The translations under genes were made by a program, and so were the position numbers. From the IMG/VR virus record IMGVR_UViG_3300032307_000370, positions 32,001 to 96,000 of that record: 64,000 nt of DNA; one strand, written 5' to 3'. The notes under the pieces are model-generated. The model had not been told where the DNA came from and did no database searches. It saw only the letters and a program-made list of their open reading frames with translations. This stretch comes from a virus. This document shows, piece by piece, positions 27,052-38,014 of the stretch (the first letter of the stretch is position 1; each line of letters opens with the position of its first letter).

Positions 27052-27918
27052 ATGGCGACAAACAATGTTTTAGATGCGGTTTTGGCTCAGTACGAGAACT
27101 CAAAACAAAGTGGTTCTTCTTCCACTTCAAAAATGTCTCAAGAAGAAAGAATGAAAAAGTATTTCGCGGCAATCCTTAAAGACAGCGAAAAACAAGGACA
27201 AAGAAAACTCCGTATTTTACCTACAACTGATGGATCATCTCCTTTTAAGGAAGTATGGTTCCACGAAATTAATGTTGATGGTAAATGGCAGAAATTCTAC
27301 GATCCGGGAAAAAATGACAACGAACGTTCACCTTTAAATGAGGTTTATGAAGAGTTGATGTCAACAGGTCGTGAATCTGACAAACAATTAGCAACACAAT
27401 ATAAAGCTCGTAAGTTTTACATTGTTAAAGTTATTGACCGTGATCACGAAGAAGATGGTGTTAAATTTTGGAGATTTAAACACAATTACAAACAAGAAGG
27501 AATCCTTGATAAAATCATTCCAATTTGGAAAGCAAAAGGTGACGTTACCGATCCTGACAAAGGTCGTGACTTAATCCTTGAACTTACAAAGGCAAAGACA
27601 CCAAAAGGTGCAACATATACGGTAATTCAAACTGTGATGTATGATGACCCAACACCAACTCATGAGGATCCTGAAACGGCAAACGCTTGGATTAATGACG
27701 AATTGACTTGGGAAGACGTTTACTCTAAAAAACCTGTAGAATATCTTGAAGCAATTGCAAGAGGGGAAACTCCTCGTTGGGATACAGATGCGGGTAAATA
27801 CATCTACTCAAACAGTGACGAATCTGAAGTATCTATGGGTGGATCAACACCAAAATCTAATAATGAAATATCCGATCCTCAGGCTAACGACGAGGAAGAT
27901 GAGGATTTACCATTCTAA
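27052..27918 (+). CDS. gp32: Single-stranded DNA-binding protein (T4 gp32-like)
   Basis: LRILP......PF..V.FH, YKAR...KVIDRD....GVK.W.F, DP..G.DL, acidic tail ending EDLPF. Confidence 0.8.
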   Translation: MATNNVLDAVLAQYENSKQSGSSSTSKMSQEERMKKYFAAILKDSEKQGQRKLRILPTTDGSSPFKEVWFHEINVDGKWQKFYDPGKNDNERSPLNEVYEELMSTGRESDKQLATQYKARKFYIVKVIDRDHEEDGVKFWRFKHNYKQEGILDKIIPIWKAKGDVTDPDKGRDLILELTKAKTPKGATYTVIQTVMYDDPTPTHEDPETANAWINDELTWEDVYSKKPVEYLEAIARGETPRWDTDAGKYIYSNSDESEVSMGGSTPKSNNEISDPQANDEEDEDLPF

Positions 27919-27934
27919 ATAATTTATTAACTTT

Positions 27935-27972
27935 TAATGGGATACTTACTTATTGTGGGTATCCCATTATTT
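27935..27972 (+). terminator. Long hairpin after gp32 (terminator or RNA-processing site)
   Basis: TAATGGGATACTTAC-ttatt-GTGGGTATCCCATTA, a 15-bp stem with two G-U pairs, followed by a short T run. Confidence 0.6.
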
Positions 27973-27988
27973 AAAAAATTTTAACAAA

Positions 27989-28210
27989 ATGAATAAGATT
28001 TCAGAAAAAATGTATGAGGCATTGACCTTAAAATATCGTTCGGAAATGGCGGAAGCTGAAGCAACATTGTTAGTTTATTTTACAAATCCTGTTGGTATTG
28101 GAGAACATCCACAACACATTGAGGAAATGGACAATTTAGTTGAAAAAATGGTTAACGCACAAGATAAAATGAATGCCTTAGAAACATTCCGTAAATATAA
28201 TTTCAACTAA
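27989..28210 (+). CDS. Small conserved phage protein (NPVGIGEHP family)
   Basis: A.A.L.VYF.NPVGIGEHP..IEEM motif, which I recall from T4-like phage hypotheticals. Start set to the in-frame ATG at 27989, downstream of the hairpin. Confidence 0.75.
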   Translation: MNKISEKMYEALTLKYRSEMAEAEATLLVYFTNPVGIGEHPQHIEEMDNLVEKMVNAQDKMNALETFRKYNFN

Positions 28211-28211
28211 T

Positions 28212-29219
28212 ATGGCAATTAAGAAAACAGATTTTAGTTCATTGAAGAAAAAATTCTCTTCGGATGCAAAATATAAACCACAAAGATTTTTTGATCTTGG
28301 TCCTGAATTTTTGGATGCCGTAGGATTACCCGGACCTGCTATTGGTCACCTTAATATGTTATTAGGTCATTCCGATACGGGTAAAACCACCGCACTTATT
28401 AAGACTGCGGTTGATGCTCAAAAGAAAAGTATTCTCCCTGTTTTCATTATTACCGAACAAAAATGGTCCTTTGAACACTCAAAAATAATGGGGTTTGAAT
28501 GTGAGGAAGTGGTTGATGAAGAAACGGGTGAATTAACTTGGGACGGATTCTTCTTGTTTAATAATAACTTTAGTTATATTGAACAAATTACAGATTACAT
28601 TAACGACCTATTGGATGCACAAGAAAAAGGTGAATTAGATTACTCACTTTGTATTATGTGGGATTCAGTTGGATCAGTTCCTTGTAAAATGACTTACGAG
28701 GGTAAAGGAGGTAAACAACACAATGCAAGTGTTTTGGCTGACAAAATTGGTATGGGTATCAACCAACGTATTTCAGGATCTCGTAAGGCAGATTCTAAAT
28801 ATGAAAATACCTTAATCATTGTTAATCAACCTTGGGTAGAATTACCTGACAACCCATTTGGTCAACCTAAGATCAAAGCTAAGGGTGGTGAGGCAATTTG
28901 GTTAAACTCTTCTTTGGTATTCTTATTTGGTAATCAAAAAGGTGCTGGAACAACAAAAATTACGGCAACTAAAGACAAGAGAACTGTAAAGTTTGCATCA
29001 AGAACAAAAGTATCAGTTATGAAAAATCACATCAACGGACTTGGGTTTGAGGATGGACGAATTATCGTAACACCACACGGATTCTTACCGGGTAAAGACA
29101 CCACAGAAGAAAAAGCATCAATAGAAAAGTATAAAAAAGAATATGCTGACTATTGGAAAGATATAATCGGAGTTGATGGTGACTTTGATTTGACAACAGA
29201 AAAAGAAGAAGTAGAGTAG
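28212..29219 (+). CDS. uvsX: RecA/UvsX-like recombinase
   Basis: P-loop GHSDTGKTT, catalytic Glu in ITEQK, Walker B IMWDSVG, IIVNQ, KGG.A; next to gp32. Confidence 0.9.
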   Translation: MAIKKTDFSSLKKKFSSDAKYKPQRFFDLGPEFLDAVGLPGPAIGHLNMLLGHSDTGKTTALIKTAVDAQKKSILPVFIITEQKWSFEHSKIMGFECEEVVDEETGELTWDGFFLFNNNFSYIEQITDYINDLLDAQEKGELDYSLCIMWDSVGSVPCKMTYEGKGGKQHNASVLADKIGMGINQRISGSRKADSKYENTLIIVNQPWVELPDNPFGQPKIKAKGGEAIWLNSSLVFLFGNQKGAGTTKITATKDKRTVKFASRTKVSVMKNHINGLGFEDGRIIVTPHGFLPGKDTTEEKASIEKYKKEYADYWKDIIGVDGDFDLTTEKEEVE

Positions 29220-29240
29220 TAACAATTAAAGTAAAACAAA

Positions 29241-30248
29241 ATGTCAAAAACCTTATTGGTTGACGGTAACAATTTATTAAAAATAGGATTTCACGGAGCA
29301 CGTGATCTTTTTAACAAAGGTGAACACGTAGGTGGTATTTGGCACTTTTTAAATACGTTACGGAAATTCTTAGAAGAAACAAACTTCAATAAAGTAGTTG
29401 TATTTTGGGATAGTAAAACAAGCTCATCACAGAGAAGAATATTATACCCAAAATACAAACTCAATCGTAATCCTTTAGAAAACGAAAGTAAGGAAGAATC
29501 CTTTAATAATCAGAAACAAAGAGTTAAACAATATCTTGAAGAGATGTTTGTGAGACAATTAGAGACGGAAAATTCGGAAGCCGATGATCTTATTGCCCAC
29601 TACTGTAAAGTATCTCCAGAAGAAGAAAAAACGATATTCTCAAGTGATAGAGATTTAACTCAGTTGATATCTGAAAAGGTATCTATTTATTCCCCCCAAG
29701 CAAAACGATATTATAAATTCGGAGACAAAATTAAACTTAAAGATTATGAGTTTCCACATAATAATATTAAAACTGTTAAGATCTTAACGGGGGACAGTTC
29801 AGACAACATTGATGGTATCTTTTATCTTGGTGAGAAAACTTTAGTTAAGTTTTTTCCTGAGATACTTGATTCAGAGGTTTCTTTTACCGATATTTTAACA
29901 AAAGGTGAGGAATTACTGAAAGAGAATAAAGATGTTGTTGTCTTACAGAATTTACTCAGTGGGAAAACAAAGGAGGGGATATTTGGTGATGAATTCTTTG
30001 TAGTAAATGAAAAGATCGTTGATTTATCCACCCCTTTGATTTCTGAGGAAGGAAAAGAATTAGTTGAAATGTACCAATCAGAGTCGATGGATCCCGACGG
30101 GAGAGGACATAGAAACTTAATTAGAATGATGATGGAAGATGGATTCTTCAAATACCTCCCAAAAGGAGATGATAATTGGGTTAATTTTTTAAAACCATTC
30201 TTGAAATTATCAAGAAAAGAAAAAACAAAATTTAGAAACAAAAAGTAA
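29241..30248 (+). CDS. 5'-3' exonuclease / T4 RNase H-like flap nuclease
   Basis: LLVDGNNL, VVFWDS, EADDLIA, FSSDRDL.QL, LTGDSSDNIDGI...GEKT. Confidence 0.9.
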   Translation: MSKTLLVDGNNLLKIGFHGARDLFNKGEHVGGIWHFLNTLRKFLEETNFNKVVVFWDSKTSSSQRRILYPKYKLNRNPLENESKEESFNNQKQRVKQYLEEMFVRQLETENSEADDLIAHYCKVSPEEEKTIFSSDRDLTQLISEKVSIYSPQAKRYYKFGDKIKLKDYEFPHNNIKTVKILTGDSSDNIDGIFYLGEKTLVKFFPEILDSEVSFTDILTKGEELLKENKDVVVLQNLLSGKTKEGIFGDEFFVVNEKIVDLSTPLISEEGKELVEMYQSESMDPDGRGHRNLIRMMMEDGFFKYLPKGDDNWVNFLKPFLKLSRKEKTKFRNKK

Positions 30249-30258
30249 AAACAAAATT

Positions 30259-30708
30259 ATGAGAGATCAAGATGTAACAAAAGTAGAGTTCTTGTTAATG
30301 TGTAATGATAATATCGTAGTACAACGATTTTTTAATGTGAAAGGTTTTAATAGAAACGCTCACAAATCTGAAGAGTTTTATGACTATATCCGTAGTTTTA
30401 CACAAAAACTTCAGAACAGTTTAAAGATGAGAAGTATTGTCTATATGTTAGACAATCAATATGAAATTGGGGAGAATCCTGAAATGTTAAATACGTCAAT
30501 TACGGACGGTCCTGAAAATTTTAATGTATATATTAAGGTTGGGGATATGACAATTTGTCAGAGAACTTTTGACGCTAAACTATACCCACCAAAGGTAAGA
30601 TACACCGTAGACCTACGCCCGCAACTAAAAGGCATACTAAGTGACCTGACTGACATTTTTTCAGGTAAAAATTTTAATTTTTATTATCCCGAATTTATCC
30701 AAAACTAA
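30259..30708 (+). CDS. Hypothetical protein in replication operon
   Basis: 149-aa ORF tightly packed between the exonuclease and DnaB; no recognised motif. Confidence 0.75.
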   Translation: MRDQDVTKVEFLLMCNDNIVVQRFFNVKGFNRNAHKSEEFYDYIRSFTQKLQNSLKMRSIVYMLDNQYEIGENPEMLNTSITDGPENFNVYIKVGDMTICQRTFDAKLYPPKVRYTVDLRPQLKGILSDLTDIFSGKNFNFYYPEFIQN

Positions 30709-30711
30709 TAG

Positions 30712-30718
30712 TATTTAT
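30712..30718 (+). promoter_or_regulatory. TATTTAT motif upstream of DnaB
   Basis: 24 nt before the ATG at 30743. Confidence 0.4.
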
Positions 30719-30742
30719 CTTTACTAACAGAAGGAAAATTAT

Positions 30743-32134
30743 ATGGCGACAAACAAAAATTTTGAGTATTTGGGGAATGTATTCCAATTACAATTATTAA
30801 ATCAAATGGTCCTAGACAAGGACTTTTCACACTCAATTATTGATGTGATTGAGAACAATTATTTTGAGAATAAATACTTTAAAATAATTGTACAAATGAT
30901 TAGAGAGTATTATTCAAAATACAATCATACTCCATCATTTGAAACATTAGAACAGATTACAAAATCTGAATTACAACAAGAAATAGCATCCAAAGTTGTG
31001 TTGGACACAATCAAGAAAATTAAGGATGCACCTATTGACGGAGTAGATTTCGTTCAAGAGAAGGCTTTAAAATTTTGTAAACAACAAGAGTTACAAAAGG
31101 TAATGAATAAGGCACAAAAGATCATTGATGGTGGTGAATTTGAAAACTACGATGCTCTTGAAGAAATGGTTAGAGGCGCATTACAAGTTGGAGAAAAAGA
31201 CACAAGTATCTTAAACGTTTTTTCTAACATTGATCAAGTGTTAGATGACGATTATAGACACCCAATTCCAATGGGTATACCAGGGATTGACCGACTAATG
31301 AAAGGTGGATTGGCTAAAGGTGAAATTGGTGTGATTTTAGCGCCAACAGGTGTGGGTAAATCAACGGTATTAACCAAGATTGCGAACCACGCATTTAACT
31401 TAGGAAATAATGTGTTACAGATCTTTTTTGAGGACAATCCAAAGGTAATTCAAAGAAAACACTATACACTTTGGACAAAGATTCATCCTGACGAATTGTC
31501 AGAAAAAAGAGATGAGGTTGTTACAAGAGTTAAGGAGATTGAAGATACAATGGTAAACAAGTTGATCATGAAAAAATTACCATCAGATACCGTAACTATG
31601 TTACAAATTAAAAATCAAATTAGAAAGATGATTGCCGATGGGATGAAAATTGATATGGTGTTACTTGATTATATTGATTGTGTTGTTCCTGATAAAAATT
31701 TAGGTGATGAATGGAAGAGTGAAGGGTCTGTAATGAGAGCATTTGAGGCAATGTGTCACGAACTAAATTTGGTTGGGTGGACCGCAACACAAGGTAATAG
31801 AAGTTCTATCTCCTCTGAGGTTGTAACAACGGATCAGATGGGTGGATCTATTAAGAAAGCACAAGTTGGACACGTTATCATTTCCGTGGCTAAAACTTTA
31901 CAACAAAAAGAAATGAAATTGGCAACTATTGCAATTACTAAATCAAGAATAGGTGATGATGGGGTTGTATTTGAGAATTGTAAATTTGATAATGCAATGT
32001 TGGAAATAGACACCGAAAGTTCAATGACATTCTTGGGATTAGAAGAAAAGCAAGAAGAAAGACAAAGACAAAGAGTTAAAGAATTGTTGGAAAAAAGACA
32101 ACAAAGACAAAAAGACGAAACAAAAAATAATTAA
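30743..32134 (+). CDS. dnaB: Replicative DnaB-like helicase (gp41-like)
   Basis: [14 protein letters not shown]...[32 protein letters not shown]. Confidence 0.92.
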   Translation: MATNKNFEYLGNVFQLQLLNQMVLDKDFSHSIIDVIENNYFENKYFKIIVQMIREYYSKYNHTPSFETLEQITKSELQQEIASKVVLDTIKKIKDAPIDGVDFVQEKALKFCKQQELQKVMNKAQKIIDGGEFENYDALEEMVRGALQVGEKDTSILNVFSNIDQVLDDDYRHPIPMGIPGIDRLMKGGLAKGEIGVILAPTGVGKSTVLTKIANHAFNLGNNVLQIFFEDNPKVIQRKHYTLWTKIHPDELSEKRDEVVTRVKEIEDTMVNKLIMKKLPSDTVTMLQIKNQIRKMIADGMKIDMVLLDYIDCVVPDKNLGDEWKSEGSVMRAFEAMCHELNLVGWTATQGNRSSISSEVVTTDQMGGSIKKAQVGHVIISVAKTLQQKEMKLATIAITKSRIGDDGVVFENCKFDNAMLEIDTESSMTFLGLEEKQEERQRQRVKELLEKRQQRQKDETKNN

Positions 32135-32147
32135 AAATTTAAAGAAA

Positions 32148-33095
32148 ATGGAAAAAATATTAGTTGAAAATCCTAATAGGTTTGTCATCTTCCCAATTGA
32201 GCATAATGATATTTGGGAATTTTACAAAATGCATCAAGCGGCTTTTTGGACCGCTGAGGAGGTTGATTTAACGAATGATATTCGTGATTGGGAAAAATTG
32301 ACGGATAATGAGAAGTTCTTTGTAAAGAACGTATTATCGTTTTTTGCGGCTTCTGATGGAATAGTTAATGAGAATTTAGCTGAAAACTTTTACCGAGAGG
32401 TACAATACCCTGAGGCTAAGTTCTTCTATGGATTCCAATTAGCAATGGAAAACATTCACTCATTAATGTATTCGTTATTAATCGACACTTATATTAATGA
32501 TCCAAAAGAAAAAGATGAGTGTTTTAATGCAATTGAGAACTTACCTGCGGTTAAAAAGAAAGCAAATTGGGCGTTAAATTGGATTGATAATTCATCATTC
32601 CAAGAAAGATTAGTTGCATTTGCGGCGGTTGAAGGAATCTTCTTTTCGGGATCATTCTGTTCTATTTTTTGGATGAAATCAAGAGGTATTATGCAGGGAT
32701 TATGTAATGCTAACTCTTTAATTTTTAAAGATGAGAACTTACATTGTGATTTCGCGATACATTTGTTAAATAACCACTGTGATGAAAAACCATCAGAGAA
32801 AAGAATAAAAGAAATCCTTCTATCTGCTCTTGAGATTGAAAAAGAATTCATAACTGAATCATTACCTGTGTCACTAATTGGAATGAACTCAAATTTAATG
32901 AAACAATATTTGGAGTTTGTTGTGGATGGATTACTTGTTAAACTTGGTTGTAGTAAACAATTTAATGTAGAACAACCATTTAAGTTCATGGAGCAAATTG
33001 CGGTTGAAACCAAAGGAAATTTCTTTGAATCAAGAACGATGGAATATCAAAAAGCAAAATTGAACGAAACTATCACGTTTGAAGAAGATTTTTAA
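32148..33095 (+). CDS. nrdB: Ribonucleotide reductase class Ia beta subunit
   Basis: [50 protein letters not shown]. Confidence 0.95.
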   Translation: MEKILVENPNRFVIFPIEHNDIWEFYKMHQAAFWTAEEVDLTNDIRDWEKLTDNEKFFVKNVLSFFAASDGIVNENLAENFYREVQYPEAKFFYGFQLAMENIHSLMYSLLIDTYINDPKEKDECFNAIENLPAVKKKANWALNWIDNSSFQERLVAFAAVEGIFFSGSFCSIFWMKSRGIMQGLCNANSLIFKDENLHCDFAIHLLNNHCDEKPSEKRIKEILLSALEIEKEFITESLPVSLIGMNSNLMKQYLEFVVDGLLVKLGCSKQFNVEQPFKFMEQIAVETKGNFFESRTMEYQKAKLNETITFEEDF

Positions 33096-33106
33096 ATAAA
33101 AAATAT

Positions 33107-35539
33107 ATGATGTCACTTAAAATACTTAAAAGAGATGGGGATAATGTATCATTTAACCCACAAAAAATTTATAATCGTGTAAAACGAGCAGCAAAAGGTT
33201 TGAATGTCAATTCGGACGAGATTTTTATTAAGGTTATTACCTCAGTTCCAACTGAGGGTGAAATAACAACAAAAGAATTAGATAAACTTGTGTATGAAAT
33301 TGCGGCTTCATATACTGGTAGTCATCACGATTACTCAAGATTAGCATCATCAGTTGCTATTTCATCATACCATAAAGAAACTAACCCTAGTTTTTCTGAA
33401 ACTATGATGATACTTTATAGTGATGGTATTATACACGATAAATTAATTGAAACCATTAAAGAATATGGTGAAGATACAATTGATGCTGTAATTAATCACG
33501 ATAATGATTATAATTTTGATTACTTTGCTTGGAGATCATTACAAGAAATGTATCTATTAAAAAGACCTAATGGGGTTACGATAGAGAGACCACAACATAT
33601 GTATATGAGAATTGCATTGTGGGTTACCGAAAGTTTTGTTGAAGCGGTTGAATATTATAAATCATTATCAAACCAACTAATTTCTAAAGCAACACCAATT
33701 ATGATCAATTCAGGTACAAAAGTACCTCAATTGGCGTCTTGTGTTTTGCATTATAACAATTCAGATTCAAGAAAAGGATTGTTAGATACATTAACTGATA
33801 TTTCAACATTCTCGTCAGACGCTGCGGGTATTGGATTATCAATGTCAAATATTAGAAGTAAGGAAAGTAGAATTTCAAGTTCAGGTGGATATGCTGGTGG
33901 TTTATTAAAGTATCTTAAAATTGTAAATGAATCATTACGTTTCTTTAATCAACAAGGACGTAGACCTGGATCTGCGGCGATTTATCTTGAGCCTTGGCAT
34001 AAAGATATTATTGATCTATTAGATATTAAAAAGAATACAGGTGCGGAGGAATTAAGGGCACGTGATTTATTTACCGCTCTTTGGTTACCTGATAATTTCA
34101 TGAAAGCGGTAAAAAATAATACAGATTGGTATTTGTTCTGTCCTAATGATATTATTAGTGCTGGATTGAAACCATTACAAGAATGTTATGGTGAAGAATA
34201 TGAAGAAGTTTATAATAAAGCCGTAGAAATGGGGTTAGGTAAAAAAGTTTCGGCTCAAACAATATGGACTAAGATTATTGAATCTCAGGTAGAAACAGGA
34301 GTTCCTTATTTGTGTTCTAAAGATAGTGCAAATAGAAAAACAAACCATCAGAATATTGGGGTTATTAAACAATCAAACCTTTGTAATGAGATTTATCAGT
34401 ACACCGATGAAGAAACAACCGCAATCTGTACTCTATCATCTATTGTATTGAAAAACTTTGTTAAAAATAATAAATTTGACTTCCAATTGTTATTTGAGGA
34501 AGTTAGAAAAGTTGTTAGAACTTTAAATAAAGTTGTTGATATTAATAACTACTCAACACAAAAAGGATTGAAAGGTGGTTTAGAACAACGAGCAATCGCA
34601 ATTGGCACACAAGGATTAGCGGATGTGTTCTATTTACTTGACATGATCTTTACTGACGAGGAGGCAAAAACTCTAAATAAACAAATCTTTGAGACAATTT
34701 ATTATGGGGCGATTTACGAAAGTAATGACTTATGTAAAAAAGAAAAATACAAACCATACAAATTCTTCAAAGGATCTCCAATGTCAAAAGGTATTTTCCA
34801 ATATGATATGTGGGGATTAACTGAAAATGATTTATCCGGATATTGGGATTGGAATAAATTAAAGAATGACGTTTCAGAATACGGAGTATGTAATTCTTTA
34901 TTTACGGCACAAATGCCGGTAGCATCTTCAGCTAAGATTACTGGTTCATTTGAAATGACAGAACCGGCTCACTCGGCATTATTTAATAGAAGAGTTGTTG
35001 GTGGTGAAATTATGATTGTTAACAAATATTTGATTGCTGACTTTGAGAAAATTGGTATTTGGTCTGAAGATTTAAAGAATGAAATTATAATGAATGAGGG
35101 ATCAATTCAAAACATAAACTTTAACAATTATTTAGATCCTGAGGATAAAAATTACAATAAGAAAGTAAAAAGAATCGAACACTTAATTCCTAAATACAAA
35201 ACAATTTGGGAGATTTCACAGAAAGAATTAATTAATATGGCGGCAGACAGAGCACCATTTATTGATCAATCACAATCAATGAATATCTATATGTCTAACC
35301 CAACATTATCAAAGATTACCTCATCACATTTCCATTCATGGGAAAAAGGATTGAAAACTTTATGTTATTATGTTAGAACTAAAGCAATTTCAACAGGGGC
35401 AAAACACTTAGCGTTAGATTTAAGTAAACGAGAAAAACCGAAGGTAACACCTGAACCACCAAAGGTTGATTTTTCAAATATGAATTTACCACCAAAACCT
35501 GATAGTTCAGAGTTTGAGTGTTTTGGATGTTCATCGTAA
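33107..35539 (+). CDS. nrdA: Ribonucleotide reductase class Ia alpha subunit with ATP cone
   Basis: N-terminal ATP cone, ASCVL, RRPGS.AIYLEPWH, SNLCNEI, CTLSS, DQSQSMN, LCYY and C-terminal CFGC; no intein evident. Confidence 0.95.
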   Translation: MMSLKILKRDGDNVSFNPQKIYNRVKRAAKGLNVNSDEIFIKVITSVPTEGEITTKELDKLVYEIAASYTGSHHDYSRLASSVAISSYHKETNPSFSETMMILYSDGIIHDKLIETIKEYGEDTIDAVINHDNDYNFDYFAWRSLQEMYLLKRPNGVTIERPQHMYMRIALWVTESFVEAVEYYKSLSNQLISKATPIMINSGTKVPQLASCVLHYNNSDSRKGLLDTLTDISTFSSDAAGIGLSMSNIRSKESRISSSGGYAGGLLKYLKIVNESLRFFNQQGRRPGSAAIYLEPWHKDIIDLLDIKKNTGAEELRARDLFTALWLPDNFMKAVKNNTDWYLFCPNDIISAGLKPLQECYGEEYEEVYNKAVEMGLGKKVSAQTIWTKIIESQVETGVPYLCSKDSANRKTNHQNIGVIKQSNLCNEIYQYTDEETTAICTLSSIVLKNFVKNNKFDFQLLFEEVRKVVRTLNKVVDINNYSTQKGLKGGLEQRAIAIGTQGLADVFYLLDMIFTDEEAKTLNKQIFETIYYGAIYESNDLCKKEKYKPYKFFKGSPMSKGIFQYDMWGLTENDLSGYWDWNKLKNDVSEYGVCNSLFTAQMPVASSAKITGSFEMTEPAHSALFNRRVVGGEIMIVNKYLIADFEKIGIWSEDLKNEIIMNEGSIQNINFNNYLDPEDKNYNKKVKRIEHLIPKYKTIWEISQKELINMAADRAPFIDQSQSMNIYMSNPTLSKITSSHFHSWEKGLKTLCYYVRTKAISTGAKHLALDLSKREKPKVTPEPPKVDFSNMNLPPKPDSSEFECFGCSS

Positions 35540-35561
35540 GATGGATCGCGTATCATCAAAG

Positions 35562-35590
35562 AAATCCCGGAGTAATTCGGGATTTTTTAT
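35562..35590 (+). terminator. Rho-independent terminator after nrdA
   Basis: AAATCCCGGA-gtaa-TTCGGGATTT followed by Ts. Confidence 0.75.
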
Positions 35591-35599
35591 TTTGTAATG

Positions 35600-35632
35600 T
35601 ATTTATTCAAAAATTATTGAGAGTATATTTAT
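35600..35632 (+). promoter_or_regulatory. Two TATTTAT motifs (35600-35606, 35626-35632) upstream of gp25-like gene
   Basis: Located between the terminator and the ATG at 35638. Confidence 0.55.
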
Positions 35633-35637
35633 TGAAT

Positions 35638-36096
35638 ATGGCAAATGGAATAACATATGGTATAAATTTCCCGTTTAGAGATTCGTTCGTTGGTAGATAT
35701 TTAGATACTTCTAACGATAGTGATGAGGAAATAAGAAGTAATCTTGTACACTTATTATTAAGTAAAAAAGGGACAAGATATTTTTTACCCGATTTTGGAT
35801 CAAGATTATATGAATATATCTTTGAACCGTTAGATGGTCCAACATTTAGTGAGATAGAAAGTGAAATAAGGGATTCGGTTGCTAAATATATGCCGGGAAT
35901 CTTAATTACTAGTATTAAGATTACTGACGCATCAATGGGGGAAGAAAATCAAGGTACTTATATAAACCAATATGGTGAGAAAGAATTTACGGTTCCAAAC
36001 ATTGCTCAATTAGAACACACGGCAAAAGTAAGAATTGATTATAGAAACACTAATAACGCTTTCAATTCAAGCGATTTTGTAATTATCAATATTTAA
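35638..36096 (+). CDS. gp25: Baseplate wedge / sheath initiator (T4 gp25-like)
   Basis: GINFPF...EEIRSNL.HLLL.KKG.R.F.PDFGS.L..YIFEP. Start set to the in-frame ATG at 35638; the track start overlaps nrdA. Confidence 0.88.
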   Translation: MANGITYGINFPFRDSFVGRYLDTSNDSDEEIRSNLVHLLLSKKGTRYFLPDFGSRLYEYIFEPLDGPTFSEIESEIRDSVAKYMPGILITSIKITDASMGEENQGTYINQYGEKEFTVPNIAQLEHTAKVRIDYRNTNNAFNSSDFVIINI

Positions 36097-36102
36097 TAGT
36101 AT

Positions 36103-37941
36103 ATGGCAAATAAAAAAATATCGTACACAACGAGAGATTTTGCGGGAATAAGAACTGAACTTATAAATTTCACAAGAACTTATTATCCCGATCTTGTTCA
36201 AAACTTTAACGATGCTGGTGTATTCTCAGTATTGTTAGATTTAAATGCTGCGGTAACAGACAACTTACAGTTCCAAATTGACAGAAGTATTCAGGAAACT
36301 GTTCTTCAATATGCACAACAAAAATCATCGGTATATAATATTGCTAGAACATATGGATTAAAAATACCAGGATCAAGACCATCCGTGGCTTTAGTTGATT
36401 TCTCCATAACTGTACCGGCTTTTGGTGATAAAGAAGATTTAAGATACTGTGGTATATTAAGAAGAGGGTCCCAAGTGAATGGTGCAGGGCAACCATTTGA
36501 AACAGTTTATGATATTGATTTCGCTTCACCAACTAATGCTGAAGGATCACCTAATAGGGTAAAGGTGCCAAATTTTGACTCAAATAATAATATCATTAAC
36601 TATACAATCACAAAAAGAGAAGTTGTTGTTAATGGTATAACAAAAGTTTTTAAGAGAGTTATAACACCAAATGATGTTAAACCATTCTTTGAATTATTTT
36701 TACCTGAGAAAAATGTTTTGGGTATTACAAGTGTCTTACTTAAAGATGGGACGCAATATACTTCACCACCACCAAACCAAGAATTTTTAGGTTTGGAAAA
36801 TAGATGGTATGAAGTACAAGCGTTGGCGGAAGATAGAGTTTTTGTTGAAGACCCAACAAAACCGTCAGATCAACCGGGAATTAAAGTTGGTAAGTATGTT
36901 GTAACGAACACTAAATTCATTAGTGAGTTCACACCTGAAGGATTTTGTAAATTAACGTTTGGGGGTGGAAATGTATCTGCTGATGAACAGTTAAGAGAAT
37001 TTGCGAGAGACGGGGTAGGATTTGACCTTAATAAGTATGTTAATAACCTTGCTTTAGGTAGTGCGTTAAAATCAAACTCTACGTTATTTGTTCAGTACAG
37101 AGTGGGTGGTGGACAAGCGACAAACTTGGGGGTTAATATTATAACACAAATAGGTACAGTTTCATTTTTTGTGAACGGACCATCGGAATCAATAAATTCA
37201 ACTGTTGTTAATTCACTTAGAGTAAATAACGTAACTGCGGCAATTGGAGGGTCCAATCCTCCAACAACTGAAGAAGTTAGACAATACGTTACATATAACT
37301 TTGCTGCACAAAATAGGGCGGTTACCATAAATGATTATGAATCTGCATTGAGAACAATGCCATCTCAGTTTGGGGCTCCCGGTAAAGTATCTATTGTTGA
37401 AGAAAATAATAAAATTAAAATTAAGATGTTATCTTACGATACCACCGGTAATTTAACTGAAGTCGTTTCAAATACACTTAAAAGTAATGTTGCAAATTAT
37501 TTATCTAATTATAGGATGATAAATGATTACATTTCTGTTGAAACCGCTAATGTTATTGACTTAGCAATTGATGTTGACGTTATTTTGGACTCAAGTCAAA
37601 ATCAAGGATCTGTTGTTGCTAAGATCATTAATATAATCACTTCGTATTTTAGTCCTGCGGTTAGAGGTTTAGGTCAAAACGTTTACATCTCAGAAATACG
37701 ACGATTAATCCAAAGTGAAAATGGAGTTATTTCAATATCCAATATACTTGTTTATAATAAAGTTGGTGGTCAATATTCGTCTTCTCAAACATCACAACCA
37801 TATGAAGATGCATCAACAAAACAAATCCAATTAATTGCGGATACTATCTTTGCGGAACCAACCCAAATATATCAAATTAGATATCCAAATAAGGATATTA
37901 CCGTTAATGTTCTTAACTTTAAAACGATTAATTTCGCCTGA
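36103..37941 (+). CDS. Baseplate wedge protein (T4 gp6 / baseplate J-like)
   Basis: RDF..IRTEL..F...YYP..., ARTYG.K, L.FG.G, YRVGGG..TN, A.GG...PT.EE.R, AQNRAVT.NDY. Confidence 0.85.
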   Translation: MANKKISYTTRDFAGIRTELINFTRTYYPDLVQNFNDAGVFSVLLDLNAAVTDNLQFQIDRSIQETVLQYAQQKSSVYNIARTYGLKIPGSRPSVALVDFSITVPAFGDKEDLRYCGILRRGSQVNGAGQPFETVYDIDFASPTNAEGSPNRVKVPNFDSNNNIINYTITKREVVVNGITKVFKRVITPNDVKPFFELFLPEKNVLGITSVLLKDGTQYTSPPPNQEFLGLENRWYEVQALAEDRVFVEDPTKPSDQPGIKVGKYVVTNTKFISEFTPEGFCKLTFGGGNVSADEQLREFARDGVGFDLNKYVNNLALGSALKSNSTLFVQYRVGGGQATNLGVNIITQIGTVSFFVNGPSESINSTVVNSLRVNNVTAAIGGSNPPTTEEVRQYVTYNFAAQNRAVTINDYESALRTMPSQFGAPGKVSIVEENNKIKIKMLSYDTTGNLTEVVSNTLKSNVANYLSNYRMINDYISVETANVIDLAIDVDVILDSSQNQGSVVAKIINIITSYFSPAVRGLGQNVYISEIRRLIQSENGVISISNILVYNKVGGQYSSSQTSQPYEDASTKQIQLIADTIFAEPTQIYQIRYPNKDITVNVLNFKTINFA

Positions 37942-37991
37942 TAATTTATTTTTCAAATAAAAGAATTATTTTTTGAAAATAGGAAATAAAC

Positions 37992-37998
37992 TATTTAT
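37992..37998 (+). promoter_or_regulatory. TATTTAT motif upstream of 1891-aa gene
   Basis: 16 nt before the ATG at 38015. Confidence 0.5.
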
Positions 37999-38014
37999 CA
38001 AGAAAGAATAAATA

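Noticed and set aside
28212-35539. Inteins or group I introns in recA, dnaB or nrdA/B
   Set aside because: Protein lengths and motif spacing are normal, with no interruptions or homing endonuclease ORFs.
38008-38014. ATAAATA in T4 late-promoter orientation (also 14108, 63247)
   Set aside because: Only a few coding-strand cases, inside A-rich leaders, versus 20 of the opposite orientation; likely chance.
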